A stretch of 64,000 nucleotides of DNA, taken from NCBI GenBank assembly GCA_040954595.2, contig CM082579.2, forward strand, positions 13,455,834-13,519,833. Direction: 5' to 3'. Source of the DNA: Balanoglossus misakiensis (taxonomy: Eukaryota > Animalia > Hemichordata). The position numbers were made by a program, and so were the translations under genes. The notes below the pieces were generated by a model. That model searched no databases. It saw only the letters and a list, made by a program, of their open reading frames with translations, and was not told the origin of the DNA. Position 1 is the first letter of the stretch. Every line of letters begins with the position of its first letter. This document shows positions 13,897 to 25,378 of the stretch, one piece after another.

Positions 13897-16341
13897 CAGT
13901 GTTTTCTCCAGGACGCGCGATTGCGTGATTCCCCCTCGATTCCCCCTCTTTTACACTTGAATCGCCCCTTGAACTTGTTACAAGGGGCGATTCAATCGCC
14001 CCTTTCTAGAGCAGCCCACCTAGCCAGTACTTGTGCGTCCATGCCTCCATAGCATGCACTGTCAGTCAAAACACTGGGAAAATGGCCGATATTACTGCAT
14101 GCTGGCCTATCAGTGTTAGCGGTAGGATTTCAAAAGCATTAGCCATTTTGGCTAATGACACCTAAATTCAATTAGCCAAATTAGAAATTGATTAGCCATT
14201 TTTTTCGCAATTTTATCCTGCTTGACAAATAAATTTGTAGACACGAATGTTTACTTCTACTTAAAATAAATACAACACAAATGACATTTTCTGGATTGCT
14301 TTTGTTTATAACAACAATACTTGTATGGTACACAAATGTTTGTACCATCACATTTTTACACAACACTTATTTTCACACAATGATATGCAATAAAAGGATG
14401 ATACATCTACAGTGTTTTCTCTTGACCGAGCTTTTTGAGCAATTGTCTGCCGCCTAAAAATCACGCAACTGCCTACTTGCCATTGACTTGAAACATAGAC
14501 TAAACACATCCAGCAATATACTGAGAACGAGGTCTGTGATAGCGACCTAAGTGCAGGGTTCGACACTGCTATAAAATGTTCACTTTCCCGCAGGACCAGT
14601 AAAATGTATAATTCAGTGGTCCTGTGAAATATTTGCTAGTCACGTCAACAAGTCTCATGATTTTCACATTTTTCGTAGCAAAGGGAATCTGGAAAGGGAT
14701 GTATTGAGAGGTATGCATATGGCATGCTGGAAATGAGGCCACATGTACAATTGTCACAGGAGGTACTAAATTTTAAACCAAACTCAAGCAAGGTACATAA
14801 TTTAATTAGTCTTAAAAAAGATGCAAAATATAAGAAGAACACTAGAATTGAAGCCAAACTAGCAAAGCCAGGTGAGACTTTGGCAGAGAAAATTCTCAGT
14901 TGCTGTTCGTTTTACTCTTGTGGTTGGATAATTTCGGTGAGTACTTTTGGGTCTACCTACAGTCAGGGTCTGTAGGTAGACCCAAAAGTACTCACAGTAC
15001 AGATGCCAAAATACTAAATAAGAGCATGGGAATTTATCTTTTCTGAAACTACTTTGGCTTTGCAATCGCCTTATCAAAAAGAAACTTCCATAAACAACCT
15101 GTATACTTGACGCGTTCAAGTCAAGGCAGACCTAAATGTATCAATTTGTAAGCATAACCCATTCAAAACATGCAAATTAGGAAAAGACGCACATGCATTC
15201 TTTGCGTCCCCAGAGACACATACAGGAAATCAAGCGAGTGCGGTCACTAACTGGAAGAGCTGAATCCAATGCATTGCCTTACGATATTCAAGATACAGGG
15301 GGTGATGATCATTAACAGAACAACGCCAAACAAAATGGATGCCGCGAGAAAGCCTGAGTTACGATCACGATCGAAGCTGCCGGGATCAAATTCGGACTTC
15401 GCCAAAGTGACGAATTGGGTGCAAAATAAATTCGCCAAATTGAATTTCATTTCGCTATAGCGAATTTGGCGAGCGCTAGCGCGAACACTGCCTATACATT
15501 TTAACTTCCCACCCCCAAAACTATGTTGTAGATGTCTTTCACATTCAATTATGTGTACTTTAGCTCCAGGGCTATAGTGTGCAATTATTGGAACAGCCAA
15601 AGAGTTCTATCTGGACACCGTCTAAATTTAGAGCACACATTCAAGTGAACTTGTTGTTATGGTGACCTTTGAAATTGGGTTGGCAGAACGTAACAATTTT
15701 ATGCAAATTAAGAGAACTGCGTTCATGCCATGGCGATTATCAAGGATGTATAATTTTTCCGTGACCTCGTTTTCTTACTTAGGAAGGAAAGTTATTCAAT
15801 ATGTACAGAGACTGTTTACTTTGAGTAGTGTGCCTAGCCACGTACAGATGGGGAAGTGTACTGCAGAAATCTGAAGGAAAATATACCACTTCAATTTATT
15901 CCACTATTAATGGTTTCACAATCTAATATTTTGGCAGCTAAACTGAAACTTTTAAAAGCAAACAAGATAATTTTTTCCCAGGTATAGTATTAAAGAAAGA
16001 CACTATTGTTTTTGCAGTTGCATTCATTTTATTCATTTCACTCTCCTTGCCAGGGGAGCAGTTCTTAGTCACTCTCCTACCACTTGTATAAAAAATTTCA
16101 GGAAAGTTATTTTCAGCTCTCCAGCATTTTTTAAATTACACGCCCTGAAAGTTATGCAAGCTGGATTGTTCCTCTGCAAAACCTACTAATTTATTATTCA
16201 AAATGGTCATTACTTGATATTTACCTAAGTAACATAAATTATGCAAATCATGATTCCCCCCTATTTTGACCAAATCCCCCCTTAATTTTAGACTAAGGGG
16301 GAACATTCCCCCCTTCTCTCAACATCCTGGAGAAAACACTG
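13897..16341. mobile_element. Non-autonomous DNA transposon, hAT-like termini, 2.4 kb
   Basis: Perfect 17-bp TIR CAGTGTTTTCTCCAGGA / TCCTGGAGAAAACACTG, subterminal ATTCCCCC/ATCGCCCC repeats, flanks GGTAAG / GGTCAG. Absent at the paralogous site 4928-4940. No transposase ORF recognised. Confidence 0.85.
14937..14995. repeat. Perfect 26-bp inverted repeat with a 7-nt loop
   Basis: GTGAGTACTTTTGGGTCTACCTACAG-tcagggt-CTGTAGGTAGACCCAAAAGTACTCAC. Confidence 0.95.
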
Positions 16342-16675
16342 GGTCAGCGATGTAAAGGAGTAGCTCTAAGTGAGCGCTGTTTAAGGTGCGGTGGGGACAG
16401 TAGGGGTCTGTGTGCCAGCCAATCATATGCTGTCTGAAGCCCGCCGGAGGGAAAGTTTCCCGGGCTTGTCATTGCCACTTTTGCATTCGGCGGAGCAGCA
16501 GGCTGGACACGGGACGCTATTCCCTTCCGTAGTGTCAAGCGACACTGACAGCGGACTGTACGTTTATTCAAGTGGTACACTTTGACTTTCACGATCCTTG
16601 AGACAGCGGAACTGACCCATTCAGAGGTATTGTCACGATTTCTGAGATTATCGCTAACCTACCTTATCCACAGTT

Positions 16676-18022
16676 TTGAGACTTGGCTCGAACGCTCCCC
16701 CGATTGACACTGCTACTTTTGCCGCGTCGGACTGGCGAGAAAAAAGGGCAACGCTGAAGACACCTCAAACGCTACCTACGGGTAGGCCCGTGCCTGATCC
16801 TTCGCTCATTATATCTGGGTCTGTACCTGAATCAGTGCCCGCGCCGGACTCTGAAGTACAAAACTGGGCCGATCAACATGGGATCTTACTGCCAACTCTG
16901 AATGTGTTAGCGGCCAACGGGTTTACTACGATGCAAGTGGTCAGATTAATTCAGCATGACGATTTATATTTCATGAAGATATCTCCTCTTGCCCAGTTTC
17001 GGCAATTGGACGCAGCGCTTATCGAGCTTGCCTCACAGAAACGTACGACCGCTCGACGGGCAGATGTGGCGGGAGATCGAGATGCCACCCAAGTCGCTGA
17101 CCGGAACCGTGCGCCCTCGCATACGACGGCCGGACAACAATACACAGACAACATGGTGGCCCCCAGTACATCAGACTCCCACGAAGCCAGTTCAGCGAGC
17201 GCGAAGACCGTCGACTCCGAACAGGCACAAAAGGCAAGTCGAGGAGAAGTTGGACTGGACTCGCTGCTTCAGGCGTTGAATATCAACGCGGGACCACTGA
17301 ACAATGACCTGACCCCGCCCAGGAAGATACCTCAGCGCATGGACTTAGAACCCATGGTGTATTTAAAACCGGCGTCCATGGCAGGTTTGAAATTTTATGA
17401 CATTGTTGACTATGTACCAAGCTCCCTACAGGCTAAGGTCGACCAAAAAGTGCTGGCCTTTGGAGCGGGGGAAAACAAACTGGTGTTTGAATCGGGTCCA
17501 TCAAAACCAAAATTAGGGTTGGTGACCCCTCAGCAATGGTCTGCGGCCAACTCTCGCATTTTGTACGAACTCATTTCAAAGCACAATTACAACCTTACTC
17601 AAGTACAAGAGTATTCAGCATACACCATTAAAGTGTGTCAACTGGCAGACCGATATGAATGGGTGTCTGTTTTGCATTATGATCGGGAGTTCCGTAAACT
17701 ACAAGCAGCCTATAATTTACCATGGGGAACTGACTCCCAACATTTGTCCACTGTGTATTTGAGGGAAAAAGGGGCAGTGCAAAACAAAGCACGGGGGTCA
17801 TATCAGGTCAAAAATGGTAAGTCTACTTCTGCGGCGCCCGTTGATGTCAAGACAGGACAACCCATTTGTATCGGTTACAATAAAGGGGATTGCAAGTTCG
17901 GGGTAAAATGTAATTACAGTCATATATGTTTGGATTGCAAAAAGGGCCATTCCAAAATCAACCACCCAAACTTGTCAGGGGGGAACCAAAGAGCGAGAAC
18001 AAGCCGCTTCAAGGGTAACTGA
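16676..18022 (+). CDS. Ngaro ORF1 (gag-like) with C-terminal CCCH/CCHH zinc-finger cluster; true start uncertain
   Basis: 448-aa ORF with YEWVSVLHYDREFR and CIGYNKGDCKFGVKCNYSHICLDCKKGH, plus a SAM-like segment near the N terminus. Confidence 0.85.
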   Translation: MRLGSNAPPIDTATFAASDWREKRATLKTPQTLPTGRPVPDPSLIISGSVPESVPAPDSEVQNWADQHGILLPTLNVLAANGFTTMQVVRLIQHDDLYFMKISPLAQFRQLDAALIELASQKRTTARRADVAGDRDATQVADRNRAPSHTTAGQQYTDNMVAPSTSDSHEASSASAKTVDSEQAQKASRGEVGLDSLLQALNINAGPLNNDLTPPRKIPQRMDLEPMVYLKPASMAGLKFYDIVDYVPSSLQAKVDQKVLAFGAGENKLVFESGPSKPKLGLVTPQQWSAANSRILYELISKHNYNLTQVQEYSAYTIKVCQLADRYEWVSVLHYDREFRKLQAAYNLPWGTDSQHLSTVYLREKGAVQNKARGSYQVKNGKSTSAAPVDVKTGQPICIGYNKGDCKFGVKCNYSHICLDCKKGHSKINHPNLSGGNQRARTSRFKGN

Positions 18023-18221
18023 CCTGCCCACCCCTCCCCCCTTCCCTTCAGCCTTACGTTATGAAGCCTGGGTTACTGAAATTTTCCCCAATGACCCAGA
18101 CAAAGATTTTATTCTTGACGGGATTGAACAGGGTTTTTGCATTGTCGATCCTGGTTCTAATATCCGCCCTGCTGAGACAAATAATTACAAATCTGCAACG
18201 GACCCCTCATTTCGTGTTGCA

Positions 18222-19579
18222 GTGGAGGAACAAATTTTGGTTGAGTTGAGTGAAGGTCGTTATGAGGTCACATCTGACAAACCAACTATTGTAAGCGCAC
18301 TGGGGGCCATTCCCAAACAAAACTCACCAGATGTTAGACTGATTCATGATTGCAGTCAACCGCCCAATTTTGCAGTCAACGACTATGCAACTAATCCTTC
18401 GTTTTCCTTCCAAACCTTTGGGGAGGCCACCAAATTAATTAAGCCAGGGTCCTTTTTAGCTAAGGTGGATTTGAAGTCTGCATACAGGTCTGTCCGTATC
18501 CATCCATCTATTAATAGTGCTACTGGGTTGAAATGGACCTTTTCTAACATGCAAGAGGCTACTTATATGTTCGACACGAGGCTCCCATTTGGAGCCAAAA
18601 AGGCCCCCATCATTTTTCACCGTCTCACCCAAGCTGTGCGTAGGATGATGCATCGCAAGGGTTATGTTTGTTTAGTGGTCTACCTTGATGATTTCCTCAT
18701 TGTTGCAGATACTTACCAGGAGTGCCAAATTGCCCTGAACACCCTTATTTCATTGCTTCGTAAGTTAGGGTTTGCTATTGCTTGGGGTAAGGTTGAGAGA
18801 CCCACTCAACGGTTAGTATTTTTAGGTATTGAAATTGATACCCGCGCTTTTACTGTTGCCTTGCTGCTGCCAAAGCTTCATGAGCTTTATTCATTGCTGC
18901 TTATTTTTCACACAAAAACACATGCATCCCGCCGCCAGCTGCAATTCCTTGCTGGGAAATTAAACTGGGCTTGCCAGGTCATTGTCGGAGGTAGGACTTT
19001 CCTCCGTCGCATCCTGGATTGCATTAATAATCTCCGCCAACCTTCTCATAAAGTTATCCTTGGTAGGGAATTTAAGGCCGATCTTGATTGGTGGATTCGC
19101 TTTTTACCACATTTTAATGGCACTTGCAAGATTCTGAATACAGACCCTATAACTGATGTGCATACAGATGCTAGCAACACCGCTGCCGGTGCTTATTTTA
19201 AGGGGGATTGGGTGTACACCAGGTGGGCTGACTGGCCATCTACTTCACACTTCATATTAATTACAAAGAGGTGCTGGCTGTTGCAGTGGCAGCACAAAGA
19301 TGGGCACCTGTGTGGGCAAATCATAGAGTTGTAATTCACTCGGACAGTATGTCTGCTATGGGTATGCTTAATAAGGGGACATGTCGCCATCCATTCATGA
19401 TGTCTGTGCTTCGTTCTCTATTTTGGCTCTCAGCTTCTTACAACTTCAGCATTCAAGCAGTTTATGTTCCTGGTAAACTCAATCACATTCCTGATGCCAT
19501 TTCCAGGTTGCATCAACCAGGTCAGTTCATGAGGTTGCATACACTGCTCCACCCTTATGGAGAGCTCCATCTTAGCTAG
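18222..19579 (+). pseudogene. Ngaro reverse transcriptase-RNase H with one frameshift at ~19240-19255
   Basis: RLIHDCS, KVDLKSAYR, RLPFG, YLDD. RNase H TDAS, then HINYKE, HSDS and DAISR in the shifted frame. The reading frame extends upstream (EAWVTEIFPNDPDKDFILDGIEQGF). Confidence 0.92.
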
Positions 19580-19669
19580 CTTCCCACTTCACATGCCTTA
19601 TACTGCTGCTACCTTTCTTACTCGTCAGATCCAGAGATCAAACAGCTGGAGGAACATCTGGATAGGGAA

Positions 19670-20635
19670 GTGGCCACATATAGAGGAAGTGCCTTTGCAG
19701 AAAATACACAGCGCACATACTCTGTCCACTGGAAGTCATACATCTCCTTTTGTGTTATGATGGGTTACCCCCCTTTGCCAGCCAGTAGTGACCTGGTTTG
19801 TCGTTACACAGCCTACTTAGCTCGCCGTCTAAAGTTCAACTCAGTGAAGCAGTATTTAAATATTATTCGTATTTTGCACTTAGAGCATGGCTTCGCCAAT
19901 CCACTCCAAGACAATTGGCTGCTGACTATGCTGTTAAAGGGCATAGCCAAAGTTAAGGGAACTACAGTTGCCAGGAAGCTGCCTCTCACCCCCACATTGT
20001 TATTGGGCATTCACAGTCAGTTATGTTTTTCATCAGCCTTTGATTCTGTCTTTTGGGCAGCCTGCCTTGTGGGTTTCTTTGGGTTGCTGCGCAAATCCAA
20101 TTTCTTAGTTCCTTCAGGCTCTAAGTTTGACCCAGACAAACATCTAACTAGGGCTTCCTTCCAGGTGCATGCATGGGGTCTCACCATCATTATTCAATGG
20201 ACCAAAACGCTACAAACTCGGGATCGGGTTCTTCAAGTTCCTCTCCCATGGATTCGCAATCACCCATTATGCCCTGTTTCTGCAGTCCTTAGGGCATTTC
20301 AGCATTCTAAGGGGGCGCCCCCTACAGGCCCAGCCTTTGTCATCCCTGCAGGTAATGGTAGCTTCCGCCCGCTCACTGTCCCACAGTTCATCTCAAAGCT
20401 CCGCACCCATCTTAGTCGCCTAGGGGTGCAGGTCAGTGAATATTCTTCACACAGTCTCCGTCAGGGAGGGGCATCCTGGGCAATACAGTGTGGGGTTCCC
20501 AGTGATATAATTAAGCTGATGGGGGATTGGAGGAGTGACGCATACCTTTGTTACTTGGTCCTCCCCCTCCCTTTCAAAGTTAACTCTGTTAAGCTTTGTG
20601 CCAAACAGCTTCCTTTTTCTACTTCTACATTGTAA
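19670..20635 (+). CDS. Ngaro tyrosine recombinase
   Basis: LLRKSN (R), WTKT (K), LCPV, HSLRQGGA (HxxR), GDWRSDAYLCY (W, Y). Confidence 0.93.
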   Translation: MATYRGSAFAENTQRTYSVHWKSYISFCVMMGYPPLPASSDLVCRYTAYLARRLKFNSVKQYLNIIRILHLEHGFANPLQDNWLLTMLLKGIAKVKGTTVARKLPLTPTLLLGIHSQLCFSSAFDSVFWAACLVGFFGLLRKSNFLVPSGSKFDPDKHLTRASFQVHAWGLTIIIQWTKTLQTRDRVLQVPLPWIRNHPLCPVSAVLRAFQHSKGAPPTGPAFVIPAGNGSFRPLTVPQFISKLRTHLSRLGVQVSEYSSHSLRQGGASWAIQCGVPSDIIKLMGDWRSDAYLCYLVLPLPFKVNSVKLCAKQLPFSTSTL

Positions 20636-22638
20636 GCAAGTTTTCTATGACTACCACTACTATATTGGGTTTTTGGGAGAATTTTGTAGTAAACACAGAC
20701 AGACTTCAACTGTCCATTAGTATGTGTTTTTGTCAGTATTAAAGTTTCCCCCAAAGTTGTGCCCAATTTGTGTGTCCCAGTGTGGTTTGTGTGTGAGAGC
20801 CAGTGTGCCTTAAGGAGTAGCTCTAAGTGAGCGCTGATTAAGGCGCGGTGGGGACAGTAGGGGTCCGTGTGCCAGCCAAACATATGCTGTCTCAAGACCG
20901 CCGGAGGGAAAGTTTCCCGGGCTTGTCATTGCCACTTTTGCATTCGGCAGAGCAGCAGGCTGGACACGGGACGCTATTGACCCACCCTCCCACCACACAT
21001 TCCAGGGAATTTCTGCCTGTCTTTGTTGCTTTATATTATTTATATTTATTGTATTTATTAAAAGCATTGTTTGTATGCTTTGCATTATTTTCATAGTTCT
21101 TTTGATAGTGTAGTTTTCAGGGGGAGAATTTTGTAGTAAACACAGACAGACTTCAACTGTTCATTAGTATGTGTTTTTGTCAGTATTAAAGTTTTCCCCA
21201 AAGTTGTGCCCAATTTGTGTGTCCCAGTGTGGTTTGTGTGTGAGAGCCAGTGTGCCTTAAACATTTCATACAACACTGCCTACTAACAATAGTCATATCA
21301 ATCTGACAAGGGAAAATGAAAAAACACATCTTTTCAAACTAGCTTACTGTGCGGACCAATTTCATTAAGCTCCATTGAACAGCTATATTTTCTTGAATTC
21401 TGGTTTTATAATTAATTTTGATTGATTGACATGTGTTTTACATCTAAATGCATCGCTTTGGGAACATTTTCTCGTATGTATGAGATTATTAAATTGAACT
21501 TGTATATTTGCTGAGGGCAACTAAATGTTCAGTAAAGATGAGGAATGCTCAATGTTTGGATTGTCTTCAAAAAGATGACAACAACTCAAGTCTCAAAAAC
21601 TCTTTGTTTTGAATTTTGAATTGTTTTTGTTGCATCAGTAACGACTTCACATGTGGATGCCACATTTGATTCTTAGCAAATGTTGTATTTTGACAGAGAG
21701 GAGTCCATTCCTCAATCATATCACCCCGCAAACGGCCTGAACTCCAAAAACTTAGCGACAAAGCGTGAAGTACAGATGGTACCTATGAAGGATTATGCGG
21801 CTGATCCACACCACATGATACTTCTCAAAGGTTATCAACTTGCTGGTAGGTATCTGTTGCTATGCAAATATTTGCTATCATACCATCCAGATTCTAAAGT
21901 TCACAGGTCAAATATATAACTTGTTTACGTGGCCATTTACAACCAATTCATCATTTTGTGGTTTGTTAAGATTTTTATTACTCTAAATTGGTACTTCCAT
22001 AAAATGGTTGTAATATTTATTACACATCACGTATTGTTATGCGCTCCTGGTTGGCTAATACTAAATATGACAGAACTTCATGACCTCTGCACACGATCTG
22101 AGGCTTAAGGAAGTTATTTTCGCGAGTGATGCAGTGTCTTCTGTTGCAGTACTTTCACAAGCCAAGCATTTTATTCCCCATCATTTCAATGCCTGGCCAA
22201 TGAATTACACATCCTCCTGAAAATTGCTGGTAGGTGAGAAATCAGTTTCCATGGTTGCATCCTGGATGAAACACTGGTACAGGTTCAAGACAAGTTTAGT
22301 GATATTGTGTAAATCCACAGAAGAATTTCACATCAACTGTATAATCTTCTATTTTTCTCATGATTGTGTTTCAGAAAAATCTGTGTCAAGTGGTGATACA
22401 TAAGAGGTTGCCATCGTGAAACCTAAAACCATAGCAACCACTTCAGTGTCTACAACCACTACCACAACACAGCCACTGAAACCCGCATCAACAGTTACCA
22501 TGTTTACAGCATCTACCTCCAGTATGACCTCAAATCCTCTCAAATCAACTGTTGGAAGTTCAGCTCCAGGTAAAGTCTCCAGTGTTGCTTACGAGTCATT
22601 TGTCATAATTAGACCACCAAGTGAAGTGTGAGATATTG

Positions 22639-22830
22639 AACACCTATTGCCTGGCCATGAGGGCCATAGCGGCCGTTTATTACACCCGAGGGGCTGTGAG
22701 TTACCAGAATCACATGCTATTTCTCGAGGCCGTAGGCCGAGGGAAATAGCGTATGATTCTGGTAACTCACAGCCACGAGGGTGTAATAAACGGCCGCTAT
22801 GGCCCGAATATAGGCCAGGCTATAGGTGTT
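22639..22830. repeat. Long imperfect palindrome with a GGCC-GTA-GGCC apex
   Basis: Arms AACACCTATTGCCTGGCC...GCTGTGAGTTACCAGAATCA and TGATTCTGGTAACTCACAGC...GGCCAGGCTATAGGTGTT; loop 22732-22734. Confidence 0.95.
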
Positions 22831-23040
22831 TTATAATAAACCTCATGCTAACAGTTTATGTTTGCAATATTGAACAAGTTTAATTAAATACCTTGAATAC
22901 GAAATACAATAAATTCAACATGAACGGATGCTATAACCCGAATAAAACAGCTTACGGCTTATTATAATGTAATATGCAAAATTTGGTAAGCTGACAAAGT
23001 ACAACTTTTGACAGTAAATTGGCTTCGGATTCCATAAAGC

Positions 23041-24402
23041 CTAATTGTTGTGGATGTTGACGACGCATCCATGAAAGTTATAGTTCACTACTTTCTTACT
23101 ACCGCTCACTTCTTGTTGAGTAACAAAATTAACCGGCGGCGGCGGAGAAGAAGTAGTCAGTTCACTCAGAAATGACCGTTGCAAGGGCGATGCCATTATC
23201 GGAGCTAGCGACGACTGCGGCTGTTCTATTGTTTGTGCGCCTTCTATCTGTTCGTTTGTCGACGAACTTCCTTGAATAGCACTGGAAAGTGTACGGCTCA
23301 TTTCTCGCTTCTTGTCTTCACCAACTCTGCTATAACTTCTGATACTGGTCTCTGATTTGTGACCACTAACTCCCATGATATGCCGTGCCTCAAAGCCTTT
23401 GTCGTCCAGCGTTGTCACAGTGGTAGCACGCAAACAGTGGTTGGTGTACGTACGAGAACATTCAGCTTCGACAGATATTTTCTTCATTTTGTCGGCGAGC
23501 GTATTTTTACCAACTGCTATGCTGTCATACCAAACAGAGTCATCTTGACTTTTCAGTGCTGGTTTTGGTCGCTGCCAAAAAGCCTCAGAGTTTGGGTTTA
23601 GCTTTGTTAAATACAATTCAAAAGACCAAACTGGACATAGCGAGTTTTCAGGAGTCTCGTACATCCTCCCTCCTTGACTCATTTCCGCGTCGTCTATACA
23701 GCCACGGTGATTTTTCGTCAGCATATCTTTACAGAGCGACACATATTTCAGGCCCGTTGAATCACGTTGGACGACGAAGTGCGACTTCGTCATGTTACGT
23801 AGATTTTCGCGGCCGCGATTGCATAGATACATCATAATATCAACGAAAACCTTGTTTTGTAACCCGCGTGGCGTTGACTTGTCAAGTGCAGACGACAACA
23901 TCATTTTTGTCATGTCATCTTTGGTAATGGGTTCTTTATGTTGCGTTGCACCCTTACCCTCGCCTTTCAGTTTTACAAGCATTGCAGTGAATACATCATT
24001 GGCAGGCTTGAAAATCTCACTGTGGATGATGTCGGTGCCGCACTGTTTCAGAAAATATCGTTGTAAGCCATATCGTATTGTTATCATTGACTTACTCGAA
24101 TACAGCTGTGCGTTGTTCTGTCGAACCCCAGCGTAGAAATCCCGCAGCGTGAGACACAAATCGGCTGGCGCAGTCTTTTCCACGTCGGATATGGTAGTAC
24201 CAATTTCTTCACAAAACGAAGTAAAAATCCTCGTTGCGTATTGAATTACATATTTGGTGTTACGTGAATCCTTGTTGTCGACAAGGTGTTGCAGTTCTTG
24301 CTCCGACAAAAGGGAAAATCTTGCAATTTTCTCTTTAGGTTGGCATACGACATCTTCAGCGGTGGCCATTGTGCTAGCAGACGACGCGACGTTGATTGAC
24401 AT
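23041..24402 (-). CDS. Crypton tyrosine recombinase (DUF3504 / KCTD1-ZMYM-QRICH1-related family), intact 453 aa
   Basis: NRGRENLR, TKNHRG, LCPVWSFELY, WYDSIAVGKNTL, YTNHCLRAT, SGHKSETSIRSY give a complete R-K-HxxR-H-Y set. Intronless. Confidence 0.92.
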   Translation of the reverse strand: MSINVASSASTMATAEDVVCQPKEKIARFSLLSEQELQHLVDNKDSRNTKYVIQYATRIFTSFCEEIGTTISDVEKTAPADLCLTLRDFYAGVRQNNAQLYSSKSMITIRYGLQRYFLKQCGTDIIHSEIFKPANDVFTAMLVKLKGEGKGATQHKEPITKDDMTKMMLSSALDKSTPRGLQNKVFVDIMMYLCNRGRENLRNMTKSHFVVQRDSTGLKYVSLCKDMLTKNHRGCIDDAEMSQGGRMYETPENSLCPVWSFELYLTKLNPNSEAFWQRPKPALKSQDDSVWYDSIAVGKNTLADKMKKISVEAECSRTYTNHCLRATTVTTLDDKGFEARHIMGVSGHKSETSIRSYSRVGEDKKREMSRTLSSAIQGSSSTNEQIEGAQTIEQPQSSLAPIMASPLQRSFLSELTTSSPPPPVNFVTQQEVSGSKKVVNYNFHGCVVNIHNN

Positions 24403-25378
24403 GACCCTGTGACGTCACGTTGGTCACGTGACCGGTTTATATTTTTTCTGCTATTGCCCTATCGGTTCATAGTCGATTCTATTTTCCTATCACGTGACGG
24501 ATTCTGGCGAATCACGGCACAGTATTAGCATGAGGTATATTATAAAGTAGAATATTGCCATGTTGATCTTCACTACAATATTAGTTAAAGTTATATAGCA
24601 CTCTGTGATCAACGAGTTGAAAATACAGCATGAGCTGTAGTCCCCTTCATCAGCTGTACACGTAGAATGAACAGAGAAACAGAGAATCATGGGGTATTCA
24701 AAGTAGGAAATATGTGCAGGACCAGGTGCATCGATCAGAAATATTTCCTACAGTGGATTTTCTATCTGAGGATGGTGACTTCATGACCGCGATATTGTGC
24801 CCTTGAGCGAGGCACTTTACTTCTCATTGCTCTTGGGAGACTGGCTTTGTAGAGGTGATTTGCACCTGTTCTAGTCTTTCTACTAGACAAATTTTCTGTG
24901 TTTGCGATTGATGAATTACTGTCTAATGGGAAATTTTTGTAAACTTCGCGAGAACCAACAAATGCGAATTAAAAAGTCATATAAAAATGTTTTTCAGGGA
25001 TATTGGTGCAGTTAGTGAAATATAAGAATGCGAAATTTAATTGTAGCATAACAGCTGTCTCTATTGATATTGCGAAAATTTCTTGTCACAGAAATTTCCC
25101 GTTTTACAGTTCATAAATAAATCAACTAGATCTTTTTACTGCAGATGCCACACCAACTAATCATCTGTTACCTGGACGACCAAGTCAAATTGGAAGTCAG
25201 TCTCCACAACAACTGTCATCCTCTCAACAGAAACTGATTCAACCAAGTCAGCCCCAGATGCAGGGCCAAGGTCAAAGGTCATCAATGCCTTTTGCCCAGC
25301 CTACCAGTTTACCAAACCAACCAGTATCCACTGTCACAGCAAACAGGACTCAACAACCCAATGTGACTGTTTCAAGTA

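Larger units (their letters stand above)
16355..21260 (+). mobile_element. Ngaro-type tyrosine-recombinase retrotransposon, full length
   Basis: Split direct repeats A1 16355-16521, B1 20675-20813, A2 20812-20978, B2 21122-21260. Gene order gag, RT/RNase H, YR. Empty site at 4937-4952. Confidence 0.95.
22637..24545 (-). mobile_element. Crypton DNA transposon, apparently autonomous, 1.9 kb
   Basis: Inserted into GAGATAT|AGTAGAAT (empty in copy 1, e.g. ~6306-6320). Single YR ORF with no RT. Terminal ~190-bp hairpin; inverted repeats at 22831-22850 and 24526-24545. Confidence 0.9.

Noticed and set aside
16676-20635. RT + recombinase as a bacterial retron, DGR or contamination
   Set aside because: The gene order and split direct repeats are those of Ngaro, and the element is integrated in a eukaryotic intron.
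23041-24402. Host KCTD1/ZMYM/QRICH1-type gene or a phage integrase
   Set aside because: It is intronless, catalytically complete, lacks BTB or MYM domains, and sits in a discrete insertion absent from the paralogue.
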